The notes under the pieces are model-generated. The model was given only the letters and a program-made list of their open reading frames with translations. It did no database searches and was not told the DNA's origin. Below are positions 57,027-64,000 of a DNA stretch of 64,000 nt, in pieces. Within the stretch, counting starts at the first letter, position 1; each line of letters begins with the position of its first letter. The position numbers were made by a program, and so were the translations under genes. The stretch is from a virus: the IMG/VR virus record IMGVR_UViG_3300032245_001127; one strand, given 5' to 3'.

Positions 57027-57038
57027 ATTTGTTCCTTA

Positions 57039-58064
57039 TTATATTTTACATTTTACCCAAGATTTAAAAGCCATTTGAGCTTCTAATCCTGTGTAAGTAT
57101 TCTTATTTATGATCTCTATTAGATCATCTTTTATCTTAGGATTATTTAATACCATCTCATTTAAATCTTTTCCCTTTATATTCGATGGAAATAAACAAAC
57201 ACTATGATTAGTCAATATCAATTTATTTATCTGTTTACAAATCTCTACGTTTCTTGGCTCATTATCAGGAACAATAGTAATATTATTCTTAGAATTAAAG
57301 ATAAATGGAATATCAAACGATGCACCTGCAACTGCTATACAATTAGGAATAAACAAACTATCAATTGGTCCTTCAACTGCATATATTCTTTCGTTTGTAT
57401 TTAAACGATTTAAACCATATATTTTTTCGTTAGTTTCATCCGTTTTAATTGTATAATACTTTGGTTTTTCTTTACCAAAAGATCTTCCTTGAACTGCAAT
57501 TAAATTGTTATTCTCATCAATAAAAGGAAATACTAAACGAGGATGGTCATCCGCAGTAGATGCGAATTTAGGTGTAACATGCTCATTAATCCATTTTTTG
57601 AAAGCATTAACCCAATATATTTCAGAATAAAATCGATTAGGAATTTGTCTTTTAAGAACATATTTTTTGATAGGATGAGAATCTTCTAAATCAGAGACTT
57701 TATTTGCACCTGTTAATAATATATTTTTTTTCATTGTCGTTTTAAAGCTGTCGAAGAAATCAGGAGTTTTATGCGAAATGTGTTTACTCGCATTACTTGA
57801 ATATCTTTCTACAACATATAAATCATATAATCTTTTATCTACTTCTTTTAGAAAATTTCCTAAATTTGCACCATAAGAACAGTTATGACATTTAACGAAT
57901 AAATCGTTTTCTCTTCGATAAATATAACCACGTGCCTTTAGTTTATTTCTTGCAGAATCGCCACAAATTGGGCAACTAAAATTCCAAAGATAATCTTTAT
58001 TCTTTTTAAAGTTTCTTAATCGATGTGATAGTTGCTCTGCGTATTTCGTATCGATATATAACAT
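57039..58064 (-). CDS. gp61: DNA primase gp61
   Basis: NFSCPICGDS...KARG...KCHNC; PRLVFPF...QGR; VEGPIDSLF; DNEPRN; KDLNEM. Confidence 0.95.
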   Translation of the reverse strand: MLYIDTKYAEQLSHRLRNFKKNKDYLWNFSCPICGDSARNKLKARGYIYRRENDLFVKCHNCSYGANLGNFLKEVDKRLYDLYVVERYSSNASKHISHKTPDFFDSFKTTMKKNILLTGANKVSDLEDSHPIKKYVLKRQIPNRFYSEIYWVNAFKKWINEHVTPKFASTADDHPRLVFPFIDENNNLIAVQGRSFGKEKPKYYTIKTDETNEKIYGLNRLNTNERIYAVEGPIDSLFIPNCIAVAGASFDIPFIFNSKNNITIVPDNEPRNVEICKQINKLILTNHSVCLFPSNIKGKDLNEMVLNNPKIKDDLIEIINKNTYTGLEAQMAFKSWVKCKI

Positions 58065-58070
58065 ACCTTT

Positions 58071-58125
58071 ATTATACTCTAAATTTACTTGTAAAGATAT
58101 ATATTATATACTAAAAAATCTTGGA
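58071..58125 (-). promoter_or_regulatory. Two tandem middle-type promoters of primase (TCCAAG-N11-TATAAT and TACAAG-N11-TATAAT)
   Basis: Boxes at 58120-58125 and 58088-58093; -10 at 58103-58108 and 58071-58076; no canonical -35. Confidence 0.68.
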
Positions 58126-58560
58126 AAGAATTGTTGCAATACTCTTATATTCTGCTCCAATTGCAATTGCAATAATTGCTCCTGCAGCATACCATTTCCA
58201 TTTTTCAAGATCTCTTATTCTACTACCTATTGTTTCCAATGTAGTTTGATTAGATTTATCAAGATTATTCGAAACTTCTTTTAATTCTTTTATAATTTGT
58301 TGTGCAGTTTCTGATATTCGATGATGGAGAATATGAATTTCTTCATTTAACATTTCGTCTTTTTTTTCAGCATGGTCAAGTCTTGCTTCATGTTTATTGA
58401 TTAATTTACTTACTTCTAATGAAGCATCTGCAAGTTTATTTACACCATCGTCAAGTCTATAAACTAATGATTTTAATACTTCAACGTCTGTTGTGAGTTT
58501 ATTAAATCCGTCACGAAATTTAGATCCGTTGCCATTACCATTGCCATTATTTTCTGACAT
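58111..58560 (-). CDS. Coiled-coil protein with C-terminal TM
   Basis: ...RIRDLEKWKWYAAGAIIAIAIG. Confidence 0.7.
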   Translation of the reverse strand: MSENNGNGNGNGSKFRDGFNKLTTDVEVLKSLVYRLDDGVNKLADASLEVSKLINKHEARLDHAEKKDEMLNEEIHILHHRISETAQQIIKELKEVSNNLDKSNQTTLETIGSRIRDLEKWKWYAAGAIIAIAIGAEYKSIATILSKIF

Positions 58561-59179
58561 TGTGTATTCTTTCCATTGCTCTTACCCAATTTTGTAATGC
58601 TTCTAATTGAGCTCGTGTTTCATTACATGTAGTGTAATTTTCTACAGTAGTTTTTGTTAAATCAGATAATTTTACAGTTTCTTCAGTTGATCTGGTTTTT
58701 CCATCAACACGTCTGGTGGAGTTGGAAACTTCATTTGAAGTGGCTGCTTCGTCATGAAGCATCCTGATGTCATTAGGAAGACTGCAAGAATTATCATCTT
58801 TTTTAGTGATGACGTCAGTAATTCGTGATAGTACATTATCTCCTCTTTGGTTGATTTGTTTTGCTATACTTTCAAAATCTTTTGCAAGATTTGCACTTGT
58901 TTGTTTTGCTTCTTTTTCTAAAGAAATTATTTTTGCTCTTTGCTTTTTAATTTCTGCTAACATTTCATTGCTAGTTAAAACTGCACCCTCTAACCACGTA
59001 CCAAGCAGTAAAGTAATTCCAGCAACTATTTTATATAAAGTTTTTGATGGAAGTGGAATTGGAAGTGAAAGAACTATGAATCCGATTAAACCGAATAAAA
59101 ATATTCCGTGAATTAAAAAGTTTGGTATTAAACTTAATAACCATGTAACACTAAATCCTGAAAAAAATAAATCGAACAT
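58547..59179 (-). CDS. Inner-membrane spanin (Rz-like)
   Basis: N-terminal TMs, coiled coil, C-terminal NYTTC...QLEALQNWV; carries an embedded lipoprotein ORF. Confidence 0.72.
   Translation of the reverse strand: MFDLFFSGFSVTWLLSLIPNFLIHGIFLFGLIGFIVLSLPIPLPSKTLYKIVAGITLLLGTWLEGAVLTSNEMLAEIKKQRAKIISLEKEAKQTSANLAKDFESIAKQINQRGDNVLSRITDVITKKDDNSCSLPNDIRMLHDEAATSNEVSNSTRRVDGKTRSTEETVKLSDLTKTTVENYTTCNETRAQLEALQNWVRAMERIHNVRK
58672..58836 (-). CDS. Outer-membrane spanin (Rz1-like lipoprotein) embedded in the +1 frame (54 aa; not in ORF track)
   Basis: AGAGGAG SD; MYYHELLTSSLKKMIILAVFLMTSGC-FMTKQPLQMKFPTPPDVLMEKPDQLKKL; lipobox followed by a Pro-rich mature peptide. Confidence 0.78.
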   Translation of the reverse strand: MYYHELLTSSLKKMIILAVFLMTSGCFMTKQPLQMKFPTPPDVLMEKPDQLKKL

Positions 59180-59952
59180 TAATTAATTACCTCTGTTGCT
59201 ACCACTTGTGTTACGTCTGCTTCTGGTGTTCCTCTTTTAATTGAATTCCATACACCACCACCATAACGATTAAATCTTATTGCTTTAATTTTATCACCAT
59301 TTTTTAATACAATAATTCCTTTTGGATTTTTTCTTGCATAATGATATATTTGTGATTCGCTTTCGTTTTCTAAATTTAAATACTCAGACCATCTTGAAAA
59401 TTTTCTTTTACCTTTAGAAAAACGATTAAATATTGAATCATTAACATTAAATGTTGCATATTTTCTTGCAGCTTTAACACTAATTACTGGAATATCAGTT
59501 GATACTCCTGCTCCTGTTACATTTGCTGGAGCATCTTCAATTACTTTTTTATCTTCTGTTATAAAATTATGTAATAAAAAATCAGCTATTTCTATTTCTT
59601 CTTCAACTAAAGTAATGTTTGATGAAAGAATATTATTAAATCTTTCTTCAATTGTTATTGTTGATTCTTGAGAAATATAATATTCTTTAATTAAATAATA
59701 TGCTGCAGCAATAGATTTTAATTTATTATCACCTCCAGGAAGTTTTGCTAATAATCTTTTTAATGAAAATACGAGACGATGTAAATAGCTATAAGAATCT
59801 TTTTCATCTTGTGTAGTCAGATCCTTGTACTTACGCAGTACATTACCATTTTCATCTATAATTTTATATTCAAATGCTTTCGTTTTATCGAATGGTGTTA
59901 CCAATAGATATAAAATACGAATTGCAATTAAATTATCCGTAAATGTTGCCAT
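59179..59952 (-). CDS. Conserved T4-like hypothetical protein, probably virion-associated
   Basis: RILYLLVTPF..T.AF...IIDENG...HRLVFSLKRLL; IE-DAPAN motif. Confidence 0.7.
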   Translation of the reverse strand: MATFTDNLIAIRILYLLVTPFDKTKAFEYKIIDENGNVLRKYKDLTTQDEKDSYSYLHRLVFSLKRLLAKLPGGDNKLKSIAAAYYLIKEYYISQESTITIEERFNNILSSNITLVEEEIEIADFLLHNFITEDKKVIEDAPANVTGAGVSTDIPVISVKAARKYATFNVNDSIFNRFSKGKRKFSRWSEYLNLENESESQIYHYARKNPKGIIVLKNGDKIKAIRFNRYGGGVWNSIKRGTPEADVTQVVATEVIN

Positions 59953-60344
59953 TACACTTCCTTATGAATTTTAATCAATATTTGCTCATCAAACTGTATT
60001 TCAGTTGTGCGAATATTTGTACTCGGTATAAATTCTGGTAATCTTCCAAGGTAGATAAGAAAAGGAATTAATGAGTCCCAATTTTCTTTCTCTACCTTAA
60101 AGAATAACATATTTGTTGCGACATCGCCCCAAAGATTAAAGATGATAATGATATGATTTAAAATAAGTCTTACTTTCAACTCATTTAAATCTTTTGAAAT
60201 TTTATATCTTTTAAATAATTTTTTTAAATATAAAAATCTTTTTAAATCATCTTCAAATTCTGCAACAATCGTACATGATGGATTGTCATAGTTCTTTAAA
60301 GCATACTGTAGAAAATTATTTTCCGACAGGATTTGTTGTGTCAT
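59952..60344 (-). CDS. Conserved T4-like hypothetical protein
   Basis: LSENNFLQYALKNYDNPSC...EFEDDLKRF.YLKKL...RLILNHII..FNLWG. Confidence 0.78.
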   Translation of the reverse strand: MTQQILSENNFLQYALKNYDNPSCTIVAEFEDDLKRFLYLKKLFKRYKISKDLNELKVRLILNHIIIIFNLWGDVATNMLFFKVEKENWDSLIPFLIYLGRLPEFIPSTNIRTTEIQFDEQILIKIHKEV

Positions 60345-60516
60345 TTATTTTTTCAGAAGATTTTACAACTTCAGTAAGTGCTTGAACTGCACCAGTTAAT
60401 AAATCAATTTCTTTTGACGTTTGATTAAACGTAATTCTTAACTGATTTAAAAACGTAACTTTTTCGTTTAAAATTTTGCTGTACTCTTCTAATTTTTCTT
60501 TTGCATTATAAGTCAT
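60316..60516 (-). CDS. Small coiled-coil protein
   Basis: LLTGAVQALTE motif; AAGGA SD. Confidence 0.6.
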   Translation of the reverse strand: MTYNAKEKLEEYSKILNEKVTFLNQLRITFNQTSKEIDLLTGAVQALTEVVKSSEKINDTTNPVGK

Positions 60517-60536
60517 AATTTATCCTTAATAATATA

Positions 60537-61136
60537 TTAATTCAATGCACAACCTTGATTAGATAAAACTGCCCAACCAGAAGTGTTATTGATGTACATT
60601 AATACTACAGCATCACCAACATTTGTTGCTGTGATAGAAGCATATCCTAATCTTGTAGCTGGTGTAATTGTTAATGAACCAGCACCTGCAATTACTGTAA
60701 TAATTTTGATTTGTCCAGCTGAACCATTCGCAAGTGTTAATGTGTCCGATCCAGTAGTCAATGTAAAGTTAGTAATTGCTGTTGATAAAGAAGCTGAAGC
60801 ATTTCCGCTCGCACTTTGTGGAGTTTGTGAAAAACTTAAAAAACCATTTGATATGGTAAGATTACCAGCAACATCTGCTTTTTCTGCAGGTGTTGATGTT
60901 CCAAATCCAACTTTATCAGCTGAAGCATCAACGAAAATTACATTATTATCGTTATCTCCAGCAATTCTTGTATCTTGATCTGAATTGTTTGAGTTAATAA
61001 CTACAGGCGAATTAAGATTCGCAAGAAAATTAGTTACAGTTATTTTTTTATTTGAACCACCCTGTACGAGTGTAAATAGATCTGCACCAGCAGCACTGGT
61101 TGCAGCAGTTAAATCTGATATTTTTTGATCAGCCAT
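60537..61136 (-). CDS. Virion structural / fibre-like protein
   Basis: MADQKISDLTAATS; FVDASADKVGFGTSTP...DV.G; TLANG..GQIKII. Confidence 0.72.
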   Translation of the reverse strand: MADQKISDLTAATSAAGADLFTLVQGGSNKKITVTNFLANLNSPVVINSNNSDQDTRIAGDNDNNVIFVDASADKVGFGTSTPAEKADVAGNLTISNGFLSFSQTPQSASGNASASLSTAITNFTLTTGSDTLTLANGSAGQIKIITVIAGAGSLTITPATRLGYASITATNVGDAVVLMYINNTSGWAVLSNQGCALN

Positions 61137-61158
61137 TGTTTTCTCCTATTCAATGTTA

Positions 61159-61198
61159 TAGAGGGGATAGCTATTATTATCTAACTATCCCAACTCTA
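61159..61198 (-). terminator. Intergenic hairpin (terminator or leader structure)
   Basis: TAGAG-GGGATAG...CTATCCC-aa-CTCTA. Confidence 0.5.
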
Positions 61199-61216
61199 GG
61201 ATTATATTTTTATTTA

Positions 61217-61696
61217 TTACGCATCAGCAACAACAGAATCATCACCAGCATCGCCTGTGATTGTTCCCATTGCAACTAATGTTTCAGCTTTATGACGAGT
61301 ATTACTTTGCGCATCAGTATAAGTTGTGTATTTTACCCAACCAGCAGTATTAATACCTTTTGCTTTATTTGAAGCTACCGCAGCTTCACTAGCACTTACA
61401 CCATAAACTGATTCTAAATCAGCTAGTGGTATGTAAGCAGGTTGTTCATTTGCAGTGATAGAAATACCAGATTGCGTTATACCACCAAAATTTCCTTCTA
61501 GTGTTAAAGCTGTATTGCTTGTAATTTTATTTACACGATACTCTTGAGTATTACCAGAACTTACGATAAACAACGTGTTTCCAGATTTTAATTCTGTCAA
61601 AAAAGCTGTACCTGTTCCTGTTACTGTTGGTGAACCATTTTGTACAGCAACTGTTCCAGTTAGTGATTTTACATCTTTATTTCCAAATAGTGACAT
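61217..61696 (-). CDS. Virion structural protein (head-decoration-like)
   Basis: MSLFG..D; GTVAV.NGS.TVTG.GT.F; GWVKYTTYTDAQ.NTRHK.ETLVAM. Confidence 0.72.
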   Translation of the reverse strand: MSLFGNKDVKSLTGTVAVQNGSPTVTGTGTAFLTELKSGNTLFIVSSGNTQEYRVNKITSNTALTLEGNFGGITQSGISITANEQPAYIPLADLESVYGVSASEAAVASNKAKGINTAGWVKYTTYTDAQSNTRHKAETLVAMGTITGDAGDDSVVADA

Positions 61697-61737
61697 GTTT
61701 ATTTTCCTTGTTTGTATTATAGATCTATAATGTAGTA

Positions 61738-62091
61738 TTATTTCTTCAAACTTTTTGTAACAAACTCTTTAAAGGTTTTTTTAGTTTTTTTTCCTTCATT
61801 TGTTTGTGTAATATTTCTTTCAGTTTCTGAAGCCATATAATCTTTTACAGTTGAAATATAGTCTTCAGCTTTTGTAATTTTAGATTGCACCCATTCTGGT
61901 AAATTTTGATTATCTGAAAGTATATCAATAATTTGTTTTGAATTTCTTATGATCGAAGTTAATTGAGTCTTAGCCATATCTCCTTCGTAATCGTACTCTC
62001 CAGCAGAAACATCTTCTGGAGATTCTTTTACTGGCGTGCTCAATTTTTTAATGATCTTTTTCTTAAAAGATTCACTTAATTCTACACTCAT
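61738..62091 (-). CDS. Probable internal head protein
   Basis: EYDYEGDMAKTQL...LPEWVQSKITKAEDYI; KTFKEF tail. Confidence 0.62.
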   Translation of the reverse strand: MSVELSESFKKKIIKKLSTPVKESPEDVSAGEYDYEGDMAKTQLTSIIRNSKQIIDILSDNQNLPEWVQSKITKAEDYISTVKDYMASETERNITQTNEGKKTKKTFKEFVTKSLKK

Positions 62092-62105
62092 TTAAATACC
62101 CTTTT

Positions 62106-62327
62106 TTAGTTTCTAAAGTCTAAAGATTTATCTAATGCTTTTACTGCACCATCAATTAATCTATTTTTAGGTGCTTCAACTTTAGGTGCTTCCACTGGTT
62201 TCACTTCAACTTTAGGTGCTTCCACTGGTGCTGCTTCAACTTTAGGTGTTTCAGCCTTTGGTGCTTCAACTTTTGTTGTCTCAACTACATCGTTTTTCAC
62301 AACATTCTCTTGTTTATTTTCACTCAT
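62106..62327 (-). CDS. Low-complexity KVEAP-repeat protein
   Basis: Pentapeptide repeats; late motif at 62359-62365; GAGG SD. Confidence 0.65.
   Translation of the reverse strand: MSENKQENVVKNDVVETTKVEAPKAETPKVEAAPVEAPKVEVKPVEAPKVEAPKNRLIDGAVKALDKSLDFRN
62168..62275. repeat. 15-bp-unit tandem repeat encoding KVEAP/PVEAP
   Basis: GGTGCTTCAACTTTA and GGTGCTTCCACT units repeated. Confidence 0.8.
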
Positions 62328-62372
62328 AATTATACCTCTTTTATTTGTTATATAGTCCTATTTAGGTTATTT

Positions 62373-62942
62373 TTAAAATGGTAACCAAAGCCAGACTCCT
62401 TGGCTTGAAAGTATTGCTCCAATAATTGCAACTATGTAACTTCCATAGAATAATGGCATACTTACAGCTAAAATACTCGCTGAAAGTAATACAATACTTA
62501 ATTGATAAGCTGTAGATGCATAGGAAATCCAAGGACTTCTTTTTTTTGCATCATCTCTTTCAACTTCTAATTTTTTTGCAATTTCGGCAATTTCTCGTTT
62601 ATCGTTCGCCATACGTTTTGCTTCTAAGCTCATTTTTTCTTTAATTTCAGCATTGGTTGACGAGAGTGAACTCGTTTCATATATTGATTCGCGCACGTTT
62701 TTTGCTTGATACCATGCCCATTGATTGCTCGATGAAATAGTATTGTTTAATATGGTTGAACTTAATTTACCACCATACCAAGCATTGACTGCTAAGAGTA
62801 ATGCGAATATGTTAATAACTAATCCTGCTTTATCTTTAATTTTTGCTTCACGTTCGCTTCTCGATCCAACGACTGGTGTTGGTGCGTTTGGATCTTTAGA
62901 AGTTTTTGTAAACATTTTTAATATTGTATCTATATATGACAT
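62373..62942 (-). CDS. DUF4337-like membrane protein
   Basis: IFALLLAV...SSNQWAWYQAKNVR...QLSIVLLSASIL. Confidence 0.75.
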   Translation of the reverse strand: MSYIDTILKMFTKTSKDPNAPTPVVGSRSEREAKIKDKAGLVINIFALLLAVNAWYGGKLSSTILNNTISSSNQWAWYQAKNVRESIYETSSLSSTNAEIKEKMSLEAKRMANDKREIAEIAKKLEVERDDAKKRSPWISYASTAYQLSIVLLSASILAVSMPLFYGSYIVAIIGAILSSQGVWLWLPF

Positions 62943-62945
62943 TAT

Positions 62946-63584
62946 TTAATCCAGTTCTTTAACAGTAAATGTAAACCAAACATCCAGTTTAGTAGCATTG
63001 TCGACACGCTTCATACAAAGAGTGATCATATTTCGACTTGCTCCACCATACATTTTTGCTGGGCTTCCTTCACTTGTAGTATTTTTACCAATAATAATGC
63101 CACTATGTCTCATATAAGTACCTGCTGGCACAGTAAAGGTGTTTCCTTGATTACTTGAATATTGATCTTGATAAACACGATACTGACTGTGCACACCAAA
63201 TGTAGTCCATGAAGGGATAGCTGCACCAGAAATGGTTAGTGGACCTTCGTACCATTCATAAACAATAGTACTTTGATTAGCATTGTTGTTGCCTATTTCG
63301 TATTCTAGAATTTCAATAAAATCTGTAGCACTTGAACTACCATTTTGAAAACTAACAACTGGTCGCATGGTATTATCCATAGTCCAACCACGATTTGCAT
63401 TAGTAGCATGATTATTAAATGCATATAAAGTACCAGCTGGTGCAGTTGTATATACTAATCCTGTTACTGGAAAAGGATTGTCTGTGGTAACTATATCGCC
63501 ATTCTTGTTGGCAATCATACTAACATCGTGTAGGACTCTGCGTCCGTCGATATATTGTTGTGTATCTTTATTAAACTGTGCCAT
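62946..63584 (-). CDS. Hypothetical virion-associated protein
   Basis: N-terminal MAQFNKD..., VTTDNPFPV; beta-rich. Confidence 0.6.
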   Translation of the reverse strand: MAQFNKDTQQYIDGRRVLHDVSMIANKNGDIVTTDNPFPVTGLVYTTAPAGTLYAFNNHATNANRGWTMDNTMRPVVSFQNGSSSATDFIEILEYEIGNNNANQSTIVYEWYEGPLTISGAAIPSWTTFGVHSQYRVYQDQYSSNQGNTFTVPAGTYMRHSGIIIGKNTTSEGSPAKMYGGASRNMITLCMKRVDNATKLDVWFTFTVKELD

Positions 63585-63588
63585 ATTC

Positions 63589-64000
63589 TTACGCCTTTGG
63601 TAAAATTAATATCTGGAATTCTGTGCCAATACGACTGGACTCAACCAAAGCAAATGCACGAATCTCAATGTCTGATTTTTCTGTGATACGCATTGGTGTT
63701 CTAAAGTTGTGGTCAAAGGTTCCAGAAATGAACTTGAAACTTTTTTGTAGAGTCCAAGTTCCTCCATAGGGATGAACCCACAATGAACTGGTGATTTCAT
63801 CCATCTTGCCACTGTTGCCGTTGATACTTAAAATAAATGCTTCGTAGCCACGAGGCACAGTATAAAAACAGTTTTGACCACGACCCCAAGGAGCAGTGAA
63901 TTTACTCACAAGTGTCCCACTACTACTGCCATATCTAACTTCAATGTCATAGTCGTGTGGTAGATTGTTGGTGTTGGCTCCTGACAGATATATTCTATTA
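63589..64000 (-). CDS. Hypothetical beta-rich protein, partial (frame open to the window edge)
   Basis: Frame stays open upstream of 63909 (NRIYLSGANTNN...); YTVPRGYEAF, EKSDIEIRA motifs. Confidence 0.65.
   Translation of the reverse strand, partial: NRIYLSGANTNNLPHDYDIEVRYGSSSGTLVSKFTAPWGRGQNCFYTVPRGYEAFILSINGNSGKMDEITSSLWVHPYGGTWTLQKSFKFISGTFDHNFRTPMRITEKSDIEIRAFALVESSRIGTEFQILILPKA

Noticed and set aside
1156-63812. Other short ORFs opposite or inside assigned genes (e.g. 2979..3290, 46152..46490, 49350..49781, 58767..59111, 60583..60978)
   Set aside because: They overlap well-supported genes and lack motifs or start signals. Only the Rz1-like embedded ORF had an SD and a lipobox.
1-64000. 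Stop-codon reassignment
   Set aside because: Core genes translate full-length in the standard code, and TAA, TAG and TGA all appear as stops.

Overview
A 64-kb, strongly AT-rich segment of a large T4-like (myovirus) phage genome. An Rz/Rz1 spanin pair points to a Gram-negative host; IHF-consensus boxes suggest a proteobacterium, but the host cannot be named from this sequence. Layout: baseplate/tail genes (gp8, 7, 6, 25, PAAR, 5, 27-like, 53, 48 on minus; gp4, 2, 54, 16, 26, 51, 29 on plus; 1-17.6 kb). Then replication and late-transcription genes (gp32, gp59, gp33), small early ORFs, an SleB-type hydrolase, ribosomal protein bS21, an exonuclease, a GH19 endolysin and a DenV-like glycosylase (17.7-29.6 kb). 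A dense tailoring-enzyme island follows (29.6-41 kb): ten Fe(II)/2OG-type oxygenases in two tandem paralogue arrays, an amidinotransferase, a SpeD-like decarboxylase, a FabF ketosynthase, tRNA-Arg(ACG) and a fatty-acid desaturase. Outlying genes of the same kind are two class III aminotransferases, an SDR, an FkbM methyltransferase and three more oxygenases. The right part holds RNase H, a holin-like gene, nrdB/nrdA, primase, spanins and head/virion proteins. The best candidate for an undescribed system is this island: it has internal late-promoter motifs, and one hydroxylase is fused to a domain resembling the baseplate assembly protein gp26, which suggests a phage-encoded virion or envelope modification pathway. 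A three-tier promoter grammar can also be read from the DNA: early sigma70-like promoters with an IHF box, a TVCAAG-N11-TANAAT middle-type element, and (C/A)TAAATA late promoters, several of which appear to give leaderless mRNAs. All family calls come from motif recognition by eye, not from database searches.
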